Assembly: GCF_036321535.1 (NCBI RefSeq)
Contig: NC_087436.1
Coordinates: forward strand, 103,914,001 to 103,978,000
Source of the DNA: Camelus dromedarius
Lineage: Eukaryota
Reading direction: 5' to 3'
DNA length: 64,000 bases
The stretch's first letter is position 1, and each line of letters opens with the position of its first letter. A model generated the notes under the pieces. That model ran no database searches. It had not been told where the DNA came from and saw only the letters and a list, made by a program, of their open reading frames with translations. A program made the translations under genes and the position numbers. Positions 12,691-26,160 of the stretch are shown here, piece after piece.

Positions 12691-15527
12691 TAAAGAAGGT
12701 TGGTTTTGTTCTACAAAGCAGCTAATTACTGGCAAATGTCTGGCTTGGTTTTATTCTTAAGTTCTATGATGCAGATGTCCTGGGGCAGATTACAAGGCTG
12801 GGCAAGGTTTTTAAAAATACAAATTATTAGTATGTGACATGATATTAAATCAATAGAGAGACAATCTCTCAGAGAAAATACTCAATTGACGAGAGAAAAG
12901 GGCAAAGGATTGAGTCCAGGAGAAAAAAGAAAGGCGAGCGTTACCTGAGAGCTAAATGAGGGGCCGTGCAGGGAAAGCAGCAGCCCTGCCTCGGCCGGGG
13001 CGCTTTTCCCTCTGAGGCTGGACATCTTAGGAATGTTCTGAATGGCTCTCACTGTCCTTCATCCATGAGTTTAATAAATCCTTGACACAGACTCACTTTT
13101 TGAAAATTTTACATAATCATTGACTACCTTCCTAGATCCTTGAGTAAGATATGAAAGCTAGAGAGTGATAAGGATCTCTTTTTTTTCAAGATAATAAAGC
13201 TTTGAGTCTGTTTCCCAATGTGAAAAAGAAAGCCATGAAAAAGAGATTACAGATACCACAGTAAAGGGAGACCATTAATGAGTCAAATCCCAGAAGAGGC
13301 AGGAGAGTATGAAATTCAAAACCTGAATGGCTGGGTGACCCTTGGTTAGAAAAATAATCAACTTTTCCTCTGATGGTGAAGAGAGAAAGGACAGTTGTCT
13401 ACACAGATCATCTTGTAAGTTTAGGGACAAGAAGCTGAAGATGTTTGTACCAAATAAGCTGTCTGTTCCTGGGACGGAGGTTTGTTCCCGGGACTGAGGG
13501 TGTGGTGGTGCGGGAGGCGACAGGAAGACGTGGTAAGGACTGGGATGGTCACTGGGAGAAATGGGAAAGGGAGCCAACTTGGAACAACCTGGCTGAGGTG
13601 AGAAGGGGGTTGGTTGGCTACACTGCTCTCAGCGTGGGGTTTTGGGTGAGGAATCAGGGGTGTGTCGGAGGGAGCTCCAGGCGACTGCAGGGATGTATGT
13701 GAAATTCAGGGAGGAGAACACAGGAAAGCCAGGACGTGGCTGACGGACAGAGGAGGGGGCTTCTGTCCAGAGACCAGGCTCCATGACAGGCCTGGCGGGG
13801 CCGAAGGGAGCAAGGAGTCAGCAGCCAGGAGGCACAGGGTGAGGCCGGGGATGGAGTCTGCAGGTGGGCAGTTCCAGACGATGACGCGGTTTCACAAGGT
13901 GAGCAGCGCTGGTGCCTGACACTCAGGTAAGTCAGGGTCTCCTGTCAACCTCTCAGAAGCCTTTGGGGTGGGGTGTGGGGACAGGCTGGTAAATATGACC
14001 TCACTGAAGAATACGTATGTGACATGAGGCTCTCGCACACTCGTCAAGAGTAAGTTCTTTTTTCATAGGGCAGCGCCTTAGCTGCCCCAGATATTCTATG
14101 CAGGCCAGAGGCTGAAGACCACACGGAAGGGGAGGGGAGCAGATACCCGATGGGCACCCAGCGTCGGGGTGGGCCCTTCACGCACATCACCTGACACAGC
14201 AGTGGTGAAGGGGGCCTGGGCATCCTGACGGCTCAGACGAGCTCCCGGGCTCTGGGAGGATTCGTTACTTGCCCAGGATCACAGGTAGGAGACGTCCGGG
14301 CTCAAACTCAGAGCCATTAAGACTCCAAAGTCCTTTTTCTTAATCACTACAGCATAGTCTCCCGAGTGATAAAGAAACAGGATTCAGGAGGGGGAGAGAG
14401 GTGGGAAAGGCTCTTAATTTCTCAAGTGCCTCCCTTCCTTCCTGTACATTCAGGCACCTTGGTTTTTCCAAAGTGGGGAGGAAGCACCAGGTACCCTAGA
14501 ATTGCCCTTTACAGGTAGCATGACTGTACGTACCAGTGTCCATAGGAAGAAATTAAGATAGAAAATATTGAGAATCCATAAAGCAAGGAGGCCTTGGAAA
14601 TACAAAGAAGAACCCAGGGCCTTTGTATCTGTCGTTCCTGTTGCTCTGTCATTGCTTCTTTCGAGGTGTTCACTTGGCTCTGTCCCTCACTCCATTCCTG
14701 TCATTACTCAGTGACATTTTCATGACATTGATCTTCCCTGAGCACCCGACTGGAAACTGCCACCCACCGCCTCAGCCCTCCCCACGTGGGCACTGCCTTC
14801 ATCTAACACCCATATTTCATTTGTTTATTGTATTCTCCACTAGAATGTAAGCCCCACGAGAGTGGGGACTGTTTTTCATTTTGTTGTTGTTTGTTTTTTT
14901 AATGTTGTATTCTCAGCATCTAAAATGGTTCCTGACACAGGGTAGAAACTCAGGTATTTTTAAATGTATCTCAAAGTCAGGCAAGTTCTCAATGACCTGT
15001 GGCCAACGTTTCTAATTCTTTACGTAAAATCCACTCCCCGCGCTTTGTTATCAGTGGAGTTGTGTCTGAGGGCAGCAGCACACCAAGGATAAGCAAGTGC
15101 ACGCTCAGCCACTCTATTCCCCACTCTGATCTTCTCTAGCTGGTCAGGGCTGTGGGGCACAGTTCTGGCTGCTGTGCTGAAGAAGGTTCCTGGGCGAGGC
15201 TTCTGGAAAAGCACCATGACGAGGCCGCTTTGCTCTCACACTTCCTCCTGACTGGCAGGTGCCTGCGATGCTGGGGGCAGCTCAGGATGGATGAAGCGGG
15301 GAAAGCGGAGGAGCCCAGGCTCTGACGGCATCACAGAGCCACTGTGCCTCCCTTGGACACCCAGTGCTATTGAGAGAGGCGGGTAGGCGGGCTTCCTGAC
15401 CCTGGCTGGTTAACAATGGAAAGGAAGTGCCCAGCTGATGAAAAGGCAGGACGTTTCTCTTATCCCACAGCTGGCTCCTTAAAATCCAAGGATGTTGCCC
15501 GGCATCTCTTCGTTCCCTCTGAAGTTC

Positions 15528-16003
15528 TGCAACCGAGCAGGACCCTGTGGGGCCTTCAAGGGTCAGACCCCTTCTCCGTGTCCTCCGCTGTAGCTCCTCT
15601 CTGAGGTACCCAGATAACAGCATCTTGTGTATATTTCCTGAGTTTTTCACATGCTTAAAACCACCACCCAAGGGAAGAAATGAACTACTTGATGACTGAC
15701 AGCTCATGGCCCCAACCCTTCTGGAACCTAGGGGTTCATAGTGTGGATCGCCCTGTCGCCTCTACATGAACCAGTCAGAGGACTGTGCACAAGCTGACCA
15801 CATATCCTGTGACACCCCTACCCTTACCTGGCCTCTAAATAGGCTTTGCTGAAACCCTTCAAGGAGTTTGGGGTTTTGGGGGCATGAGCCACCCCATCCT
15901 CCTTGCTCGGCCCTGCAGTGAACCTTTCTCTGCTCCAGACTCTGATGTTTCAGTTTGTTTCGTCTCTTGGTGCAGCTGGCACACGAACCTGCCTTTGGTA
16001 ACA
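15528..16003 (+). mobile_element. Solo ERV LTR (~476 bp)
   Basis: tgcaaccgagcaggaccctgtggggcc...tttggtaaca termini; flanks gttc/gttt (3 of 4 match as TSD); resembles artiodactyl ERV1 LTRs as recalled. Confidence 0.75.
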
Positions 16004-16915
16004 GTTTCTGCTAATTGCTTTTTGTTCCAGGGCTGAGCTCTGAGGGAGGAAGGTGCCTGTAGCAGAAAGTAACTATCACCACAGTGGGAATGAAGAGAAA
16101 GATGGCCGACCTTCTAACAGAAGCCCCACAGCCTGTCGGGCAGGGCTGTCTGTACTGGCGCCTTGGCTGATGGCCTGGCTCCAGCACTTCCTTCCCTGCT
16201 CGAGAGCCTCTCTTCCCTTCTTGCTCGAGCACCTTCCTCCCATTTCCCCTTCTGAGTAATAACCTGGCTGTTTGCTTCGTCCCTCTGCCTGTGCTGCATG
16301 AATTCTTTCCCTGCCAGTGGCAAGGACCCACACTGTGGTGGGCTTCCTGATTTAAGAGTCCCTCTTATCTGCTAATACTGTGGGGAAAACTAAAGCCCTA
16401 ATTTTTGGAGCCATTGTTCAGTTGTGTTTTCTATGACTTGCAGCTGAATGCCGTCCAGTTAAAACCCCCAAGGTCAGGACTGTGCTCCCCACTTTCCTCC
16501 CCTCCTCGCAATCCGCTTGCGGGGACGTGGGTGTGCCTGCTCCCACCCAGCCGACCTGGTCGGCTGTGGCAGGACAAGTGAGGCCGAGCACAGGAGAGAC
16601 TGACAGGCCGGCTGCTTTTCCTGTGCAGGCTAGAAAATCATGGGTTCTCTCAAATTTCTGTAATCAGAACAACAACAACAACAACAGATTCAGACAAAGT
16701 GGAGGAAATGAACTATTTCCCAAACGTGGGGAAGGCCCTTGGTTTACAGGCTAGGAATAAAATGCAGAGATGTACTAAGTGTTCCCTGATACAGCCAGGA
16801 TCCCCCTTGGGAGATATTTTTAAAATGTAGATTGAGTCCCTAGCCTGGAATTAAAGAGACACTCCCAAGATTGGCCCCCTAAGCATCAATTGTGATGGCT
16901 TCACAGTGTAAAGGA

Positions 16916-17255
16916 TGTTCTGGACTGACTGCGTCCCCCCAGATTCATATGTGGAAGGTCTAAACTCCATGTGACTATTTGGAGATAGAGCCTACGAGGA
17001 GGTAAATAAGGTTAAATGAAATCACAGAGCCGGCCCTGATCCAATAGGACCTGCGCGCTCTCCCTGCCCTCTCCATCTCTCTGCCATAGAAGGACACAGC
17101 AAGAAGGCAGCTGTCTGCAAGCCACGGAGAGGGCTGGCACCAGAACCTGACCCTTCTGGCACCTTGATCTCGAACTTCCAGCCTCAGAACTGTAAGAAAG
17201 TATGTTGAAGCCCGCAGTCTGTTATTCTGTGGCGGCAGCCCCAGCGAGTGCGGCG
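16916..17255 (+). mobile_element. MaLR LTR (MLT1A-like)
   Basis: tcccccagattcatatgtggaag...tatttggagatag...ggcaccttgatctcgaacttccagcct...agaactgtaagaaa resembles MLT1A consensus. Confidence 0.8.
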
Positions 17256-17499
17256 CCTCTCACCGAAGGTGGTGCCTGCCCTGCTGACCTCACTTCCCAC
17301 GGCTCCGCATGCTCTCTCCAGGGTCCTCACTAGTCTCCGGAAATACCCTGCGCATTCTCACCCTTACACTTGTCTCCCTCCACTTGGAAGGCAAACTGCT
17401 ATATACTGACTGAGTACCTGACTTAGCGACAGGCACTAAGGGGGAAGGTAAGGATGTATAAACCAATGCGTTTACCTCTGGACGCAATAGACAGGTGAA

Positions 17500-17960
17500 A
17501 TAAATTTTAAAGATTCCTTTTCCCATGCTTAACCCTTTCAAGGATTTCCCACTGATCTCAGGATGGAGTCTAGTCTTCAGTGTGCTGCACAGTCTGGCCT
17601 TTCCTCAGCTCCCTCACTCGAATCGGCTGTCAGTTCCCTGAGCACACACCATCCCTCTCCTCCAGGAGTCTGTCTCCACGCGCTGTTCCCACCGCCTGGG
17701 CCATTCAGGGACCTGTTCTCTTGTCTGTTTCCTGCTGATTCTGCAAGGTGAGGCATAAATGTCCCTCCCTCAGCAAGGCCCTTCCTGCCCTTTAAGTCAT
17801 ACTCACACGGCCCTGTTTGTCCACAGCACTGACAACAAGGACGGTCATTTCTGTAATTATTTACGGATTTGTTTGACAAAGGAGTTAGGACTACGTTTCT
17901 CCTAGTTATTGTCCTGTGCCCAGCACTCAGCACGTTGTAGGGTCTCACTATATAATTATG
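17500..17960 (+). mobile_element. L2 LINE 3' fragment
   Basis: Degenerate L2 3' motifs (gctgttccc...gcctgg; aatgtccctccctcagcaaggcccttcctg; tgcccagcac...tagg...ctca). Confidence 0.55.
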
Positions 17961-18349
17961 AAAAGAGTTAAGAGCTAATAATATAAGAAATCACATGAAT
18001 TCCCAGGTATGTGGAGTAGTGGCTAAACGCTGAGGTCGGGAGAGGGGGTAGAGTGCCGGGGGTGGGCCAACGGAGCCTGAGAAGAAATAACCCAACGCTC
18101 TGACACCGTTCCTATGAGGCCTATTCAGACAGCACTCATGATTCAGAAGCAGCTCCAAACATTCACAAAGAAAACAGACTACTCCATACCATCTTGATCT
18201 CTTCCTTCTTGAATCTGCATTACCAAAAAAAAAAAAAAAAAAAAAAAAAGATGGCCATACAGCGCTCATTTATATGGGGTACTTGTCTTCTAAGAAATCA
18301 TTAAACTTGTGAATGCCCTTAACAGTCTGAAACTTGAGGTAGCAATAAC

Positions 18350-19020
18350 GTGTTATTCATTTATCCATTTTTCAGGCATGTAATGTATTAAGTGCCTGAA
18401 GTTCCAGTTCCTGGGACTTCAAAGCAAGATAAGGCAGAGTCCCTGCTCTCAAGGAGTTCAGTTTATTGGGCACACGAGTAGACAGGTTGTCGTCATGCGA
18501 TGTGATGAGTGCTGTAATAAATACAAAGTTCTGGACACTCACAGGAGTCGTCTCTCCGCTTCAGCGGGTGTACTGACTGCCTCCTAGAGATGCCTGAGCT
18601 GAGCTAAAGGTTTAGAGTTTGTGGCCCAAGAAAGGAGAGGACGTTCCGGCGAATGCAGCAGCCTGGCCTGCTGAGGAAGCTGCACGGCTGTGTGTAACTG
18701 GCGAGCTGATGTCCGTAACGTGAGGCATGAGGCCGGAGGAGTAAGCAGGGCTTAGAACACCAGGGTCTTTTGCTAATTTGTGCTAAGTTTATATTTTATC
18801 CTACAGGCAATGGAAAGGCACAGAAAGATTTTAATTGGAGAAAATCCATCCTATGGCTTAGCAAGCTCACCAACACAAGTGGAGGAAGGATGGTGGGGCC
18901 GGGTCCAGCTAGCTCTTTAAAGTTAATAAAATGAGAGATGAAGACGGCAAGGCCCCAGGGCAGTGGAGGCATTAGCTGAGATGTTCAGGGATTAAATGGG
19001 CAATATTTGGTGATTTGACA
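18350..19020 (-). mobile_element. L2 LINE fragment
   Basis: ttattcatttatcc...tattaagtgcct; gagtccctgctctcaaggagttca; ttttatcctacaggcaatggaaaggcacagaaagatttt. Confidence 0.65.
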
Positions 19021-20899
19021 ATAAATGCACTTTTCCCCTCCCAACCACCTCTCCTTTTCCAAGGTCCTGTGCCTGATCCTATTTCCAGGTTCGTTTTTCT
19101 TACCTTTATGTTAAAGGTCAAAGGCAACCTCTGGTTCACTGTTGCACTCAGGCTTCATTTTATCCATCCCCGCCCCATCCAACCTCCCTTTCTTTTAACT
19201 AAAAAAAATTTTTTAACCTTTTTTTTTTTTAATTTCTTGTCATTGTACGCTTTGGCTACAGATGCACTTCTTGAGGGTTCATAGATTTTTAAGGGAAAGA
19301 ATCAAACCTGGATGGCTGGAATTTCAAAAATAAAACAAAAAAGCCACATTCTTATTGTAGAAACTTTTTCCAGTTCCTCAGTGCTGGTGCCCTTCAGTGA
19401 TCTGATGCCACCACAACCCGGGGACCACAGATCAGTGAGAGTTATTTCAGAAGTTAACACTCTCACATGTGGGATATTAGCCCATGTGGACATTTTAGAA
19501 CTAAGATGCTGCAATTAAAGAGGCAGTAGGAATAGACACGAGATACTCTTGCCAGACCTGTGACACTGGGATGGCTGCTATGTAACACAGCCACGTGAAA
19601 CCACAAGTGGCTGTCTGAAGCAAGAGATGAAGAACAATTTTGACCCAGGTTAAAATTTCTTTGAGTCTGGCTTTACAGAGAAACAGAACCTGCCAGGCCA
19701 CCTTGGCAGGACGGGGGAAGGGGAAGCAGCAACTCTGCAGCTGCCTGAAGGCCCAGGGTTCGGAACGGTGAGCCCTGGGATCCCCGCGTGCTCTGCTCTC
19801 ACCCAGGGGAGGCGGGCTGCACGCCTCACCATGAGCTCACCGCCTGCTCCCTCACTTTGGGAGCTGATAAAGCATTGCAACATAGCCAGTAAAGGCTGAA
19901 ACATAAGGATAATGGAGACTGGGACAGTCAATACTCTAGCTCGAGACAGGATCCTGGGCATTGTCTCAAACTCTGCTCGCTGTTAAGTCAGGATCTGGGC
20001 TGAGACCTCCCTCGCTGGGCCTACTGCAAACATCGCTATGGAGAGGACCCTTTGGGGGCCACTTCAGAGATGCATAGATAACGCCAGGAAAGCCCAGTCA
20101 CTGGCCTGAGGCAAAATCCTGGAATTTGGCCTGAAGCCCACTGGATACCAATTGATCCAAGATTGGAACAGGCCCACCTCGGTAAATCTGAAGGCGTGTC
20201 TTTCAACAGACTCCCCTGTTTTAGGGCTGCGGGTGGGGTTGGGGGTTAGACAGATTTTTATCAGCACTAACAGGGCTTTTGTGGGATTGCGCAAATGCTG
20301 CTTTTCCATGGTAAACAACTTAGCCCCAAACAAGCATCCTCACAGCTGTTACCAAGTGCTTTGCTGGAACTCAGTAACTGCAAGCTCACTTGCTGGAACC
20401 GGACTACCAGTTGTTAGCAGAAGTCCTAAAATTCTATTGCCCTCGGCTCTGCTTCAGCCACAGCAAATCTCTTCATGTCCTCAGAAAACTAGCACCATTA
20501 AATTATCCTTCACTTAATACTTCTGAGCTACATAATCAGTCTCCCCATTAGCTCCCTTCTCACCAGCATCTGCTTTACATTTCTATTACTGCCCTTATTA
20601 TAACGATGTGTATTTGATCTGTCTCCTCTATTAGATACCAAGTTCCTTAGGGCAGGTACCTGGCACGTTCCCTCTGTACCTCCAGAGTTTACCATGATGC
20701 TTGGTACATGGTAAACTATTAAATAGCTGCAGAATGGACTAAGCAGATTCTTACTGTCTCTTACCTGTAATTTTTTTTGGGAAAAAATCTATTCTGTCTT
20801 GCAAGACCTAAAACCAGATCAGTAAGACTCAAACTTAAATGTAGGTTTTCTTCACCTTACTTTTTAAAAACAAACATGAAAAATACATGTATGATTTAA

Positions 20900-21960
20900 A
20901 AAAAAAACATGGTTTTAGTTGGTAACTGAAGAATACAAGAATAGGTACACTTGAAAGACTACGTAAAAGATTTAGAAAAACATGAGGACTACAAGAACTT
21001 AATGGGCAAAAGACATGAACAGGCAATTCAATGAAACGAAAAATACATAATATAAAAAAACCTCTCCATCCATACCAGACATTATTTCCCTATTTAAAAA
21101 AAAAAATCTATTAAATTATCAAAGTTTCAACCAAATGGTAACTCAGACATTGATGGTATGAGTTAAAAAGTCAGTCATACACTCAAATGTCGGGGGGGAC
21201 GACAAACATGGCTACATGGAGAAAGAACTTTCACATGAGTCACCCTCAAGGTGTATGTGAGACTGCGTGTGTACATGTTTACACATGTGCATACACATAA
21301 ACTAAAAGCCTTTATGCTTTGCTAAATATATGTATTCTAAGGAATCAGAATGTTGATTAGAATTTATGCAGACTTCAAAGTTAACAACATGGTTCTACCA
21401 CTTACTAGCTATGTGACCCTCAGCAAATTACTGATTTTCTGGGCTCAGTTTCCTCATCAGTAAAATGGTGATTTTAAAAACAAAAAAACCCAAAAAACCA
21501 AAAAACCGTACCTACCTTATGAGGTTGGTGTAGAGATTAAATGAAAATATCTATTAGAGTTCAGAACAGTGCCTGGCATACAGGGTGCTTAATAAATGTT
21601 AAATGATACTATTCCACCTATCAGAAATTTGGAAACAGACTAATGCTTAATAAAATAGTAATTTAAAAGATTATGGTAAATTAATTCAATGGCATATCAT
21701 ACAATCATTAAAATGTTGTTCATGAAGAGTTTTTAATAATGCTGTAGAAATGTGCATACTATATTAAGTGAAGAGACATACATATAAAACTATATGGTAT
21801 GACTTCAATTATGTAAAATATATATCAAGAAATAGAAAATGATCTAGCAGAAAACATACCAAAATATTAAAAGCGATTATTCTGGGCGGTAGAATTTGAT
21901 CTGCTTGCTGTTGTTTTTCTTCTTTGTATTTTTCTATCATAAATTATTTTTTACAATAAG
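20900..21960 (+). mobile_element. Old L1ME-like 3' region, interrupted by a MIR at about 21385-21610
   Basis: aatgggcaaaagacatgaacaggcaattca and an L1ME-like 3' end; clear MIR core (ccacttactagctatgtgaccctcagcaaatta...ctcagtttcctcatcagtaaaatgg). Confidence 0.7.
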
Positions 21961-21999
21961 GAAGGTATTACTTCTAAAAGCAGGAAAATACCATAGTTT

Positions 22000-24287
22000 T
22001 ATAAGGTTAAAATAAGGTAACAAATGGGTAACTTTTAAAATTTATATTAACGTCCAACTCTTCATGTATAAACGATGAGACACAGAAATTACTGTGGCTT
22101 TTCAAACCCCAATTATTTTTCTGTTAAATTTACAAAAATAGAGCATTGTATCAATGCAAAGTAAATATTACAAGCTACATAACGTAGCAAATATCCCTTG
22201 GTTGAATCTGTTTATAAACGAGTATGTGAAATTTAGCACAAACAATGCATTCCCTGACATAAGACAGCCCACATTCTACTTAGGCCAGCCTCTCCCATCA
22301 CCCACCACAAGTTCCAGAGTCCAGATGGTTCTGATCCAGGATTCCTTCTAACTGTGAACAAGTGGGGGCCTTGCTGGGTACTCCTAGAGCAATTCCTTCT
22401 CCCGGCACTACTCCACGCCCCATGGCTTTTACCTTTTCTGTTCATCAAACTAAGCAGTTCTTATCTCTTTTGCAGTTTTCAAAGGGAAGAACGCCTGCCT
22501 GGTTGTAAGAAAGAGAAAGAAGATAAGGTTTTCCTTTCACTCTGAAGAAACTTTCCACAACATTTTTCAATTCTTAATGCGTAATTTTCCCCTTCCTAAA
22601 TGTCTGCTACTCAACTCTTGACCTTTCAGGTCAATGTAGCTTGTAATTAGTCCAAAACACTATGTTCATGTCAATTTTTTCCCTTACAACACTATTAAAT
22701 ACATGCATACCTATGCATATAAATATCATTCAAGACCTTAACAGTTTTAAGAGCAGTACTTAAGTACACAGAATTTAGGAGACTTTGGGAAACTGTACAT
22801 CTTCTTAATAAAGTATTTCTTTGGAGCAAATTTCATCTAAACAGACTGGGCTGGGCATTATTTTAGGCATAAAGCTAAAAAAACATTCTAGCTAATATGT
22901 ATCAGTTGCTCACTCAGATGTTCATCCACATTGCATTAACCAGATCATTTCAACTGAATTTTCAAAAGAAGCAGTTTAAGCAGAAACTCCCCAGATGTTA
23001 ATGTACCTTGTTGCTCTGTGTGACAATGTTCACAGTAAAAGTTGCCGTCATAATAAGCTATCTTAACAAACCCCAAACTTTACAAATTAAAACAACACAA
23101 TCTAAATGCACCATAAATTTATATTTGTTAATTCTGATATTAGAACATTTAAACATTTCAAACTACATAAAAATATGACAAACAATATAAAATAGAAAGA
23201 GATTTGTTGACAACTTACTTCCAACACATCACTATTTCCTATATTGCAACTAAGCAACCAGACAGCTTATATGACTCTCCAGAAAACATAGTGTTTTTAG
23301 TGGAGTGTTATCAACAAAAATCAGCACAGTCCCACACAATAATGTCTTCGATTTATTCTCTTTTCCACAGTACAAGTTTTTCACAAACCATAAATCCTTT
23401 GTAGTTACTGAGTCTGTAAACAAGTGCCTGAATCCCCACCTCTCCCCACCTCAGTATCAGCTTGTGAATGTTTTAAGTCCTTCAATCAGGTTTTAACTCG
23501 TCCACCTGGGTAAGGAATCAAGAGCCTTCTCTCTTTAAATTATTTGTATTTTATCATACAGCCTGCAATGCAGAAAATCACAGTGAAAGCCCTGGGAAAA
23601 ACAAAACAACATGATCTTTACAGCAGGACTCAAAACTTTATGTTAAATGCATTTAGAGAAGCTTCCCATAATAAAAGCGTGGGTTTTCATTTCCAGAAAT
23701 CAAGTCAATTAGAAACCCTAGGTTCTACTTAAAAACCCATTTTGATCTAAAAGTGAAAACAGTCCCCTATCCATAGTCGTTTTATAAACTCTATACAGTT
23801 TCACTCGCAGAGATTTTTTTCCAGTCTGGAAAACAGTAGTGCAATTAGTTTTACTCCTTTTAAGTTATTTTAGTCCAGGATGTAAATAGCTCTGTGGAAA
23901 GATAAGAAGATGCTCTGGTAAACAAGAAATTTTTGCAAGCCCATGCTGGCTTACTAGTCCATTAAAGCTTGTAAGTCCATAGTGGCTTTCAACAAAATGT
24001 TGTATATACATCACTAATAACAAAGCAGAAATAAATAGGCAAAAATGACTGTAAACTGTCTCATCTCTTAATGATTTTTCAGTAATAACTGGCTTGACAA
24101 ATTGATTATATAGTCATTTAAATAAGCAGACAGTAGACAGTTGCCCTTAAGGACATTCCACTATGGCATCCAGTCTGGAAAGCCCCAATGGAATTACATT
24201 CCTAAACTTAAAACAAAACAGGAGTGAAGGGTGGGAGATAAAAGTTTAAAGATGCCACTTGAATGGAATTCCATCAAGTCAACCAGT
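22000..24287 (-). other. STIM2: STIM2 3' UTR (distal end approximate)
   Basis: AT-rich, apparently repeat-free sequence after the stop codon, running to an old L1 remnant near 21960. The true cleavage site cannot be fixed from sequence alone. Confidence 0.55.
23352..23357 (-). terminator. Candidate proximal polyadenylation signal AATAAA
   Basis: tttatt on +; followed on the minus strand by a GU-rich tract (ttgtgtgggactgtgctgatttttgttg). Confidence 0.55.
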
Positions 24288-24765
24288 TCACTTAGATTTC
24301 TTCTTAAAAAGGCTTTTGATTTTTGATGGCTTTTTGCTTTTCTCTCCATTGTGACAGAGGTCATGTGGGATGCTGCTTATCCTGGCAACACCTGGGGCTT
24401 CCTGAACTGGCTTGCTGTCGTTGCCAGCTGAGGAACACGACGTGTGGCGAGGTTTAGGCACCGGGATGCCACTAGAAAGCTGGTTCATGCTACAGGATTT
24501 CTCCAAGATGCCATTGTACACTTTGCTTGCAGGGCTGAAGATCATACTCTTAGTCTCTGTCAGACCTACACAATCAGGAGAACCCCGAGAGATATCTACA
24601 GTTATGGGCGAGTCGCCTCTGGATGAATCCTCTAGAGAGAGCTCATCTCTTGATATTTTTCGAGGAGACAACGTTTGGTATATCTCAAGGCTTGAAGGAG
24701 GGGACTGTTTCCTTCCAATGGAAGAATTTAAGGAGTCACATTCTGAAGCTGTGTCTGGCACTTCC
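24288..24765 (-). CDS. STIM2: STIM2 last exon, coding part (478 nt incl. TGA): EVPDTASE...SGIP...SSIP...KKPSKIKSLFKKKSK*
   Basis: ORF 24288..24761 extended to AG at 24766-24767; contains SxIP (EB-binding) motifs and the lysine-rich C-terminal tail characteristic of STIM2. Confidence 0.97.
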
Positions 24766-25589
24766 CTGGATGAGATAGAGGTAAAGATAAAATTTTAAAT
24801 CAGTAATGTTCTTAAGGGTACCAGCAGACATTCTTAATTTATTCTAACCAAAACAACTTCCCACTGTTTATCGAAATATAAAAGAGAGAGATGTTAAAAT
24901 TCTATACACATTTTAACAAAATTACTACTTTAATATAACTTATCAAAACTCAGTGTTTAATTTTTAACATAAATCATGATAATGACATCTTTGAATCTAA
25001 AAAACATTGTAACTTTTAAGTTATACCTCTTTTAATTGTCAGAGAAATGAAAATGTTTGCATTTTATGGATTTTTAAAATCATTTCACCTACTTTCATGT
25101 TGTTTCAATACTGAAAATTTTTCTTTCTAAATCACAGTTGACATCATGTATTTGAAAAGATGAATTTTAATCACTGGCACTCCCTTTGTCAGTCATTAAA
25201 TTGATTAAATATAGCTTCCTAATGAAGGAAGGAAAGAATATAACTAAGCTAAAATATAAGTCCTCCCAAGTTTAAAAGAGAGGGGAAGGATGCTGAGGGT
25301 GGGGAGTGGATGGCAGGTGAAAGGCAATGATATAGAGCTATTTTGGGGGGGGGAACATTCAATAAATTCTCACAAGTTTATTTCTTTGTGATACCCCTCC
25401 TCCCTTCTCTACAGTGGAAAGAAAAAATAAAGAGGACTGGGAAACTAAAGCTTACAACCCCAAAGCCAACACAGAGTAAATGCGATCAAGCTATTCCTTC
25501 AAAATACCTCAAACTCACCCTTCTTCCTGCGCCACCAGGCAGTTACCTCAACGGTTACAACAGCTTCCATTCTAGTTCTTCCCCCTTGG

Positions 25590-26160
25590 CTCCTCCTCTA
25601 CACGGCTGGCTGTTAAAGCGGTTTCTACAAACTCAATCAGGGCACAGCACTCCCTCACTCAGCACTCTGCAGTGCTTCCTCCCATACGCAGGCTCAGATC
25701 CGAAGTCCTTGCCAAAGTCCACAACGCTCTCCACGGTCAGGTCCACGGTTATCCCTCCCGCGGCACGTCTGGCTATTCTCTGCCTCTTCCCACCATAGCC
25801 CGTCCTTGCCCCCGCCACACGCCAATCTTGTCACCCCCTCAGGGCTGCTGCACTTGCTATTCCCTCTGCCTCATATCGTCTCCCCTCCATTTCCACATGG
25901 CTTACCTCTCCATGTCACTCAGGTCACTGCTCAAACGCTCCCCCTCCAGAGACGCCGCCCTGAACAGCCCTACCAAAAGCAGCATTCTCTTTCCTCATAG
26001 TTAGCATCTCAGAACTTACCACTACCTAACATATTTTATATTAACTTCTTTATGGTCAATTTCCCCAGAAGAAAGGAAACTTATGAGGACAAGGAGTCTT
26101 ATTAATTTCTGTATTCTCTGGAATAGTGACAAGCTCAGAGTGGATATTTAATAATTACGG
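25590..26160 (+). mobile_element. L2 LINE 3' fragment in the last intron
   Basis: cactccctcactcagcactctgcagtgcttcc; cctcagggc...tgcacttgctattccctctgcct; L2-like tail. Confidence 0.7.

Noticed and set aside
1..21000. Many 60-160 aa ORFs downstream of STIM2
   Set aside because: No recognisable domains or exon chain; many overlap LTR, L2 or MIR remnants.
24412..24798. 128-aa plus-strand ORF antisense to the last exon
   Set aside because: Shadow of the real coding frame; non-ATG start and no recognisable protein.
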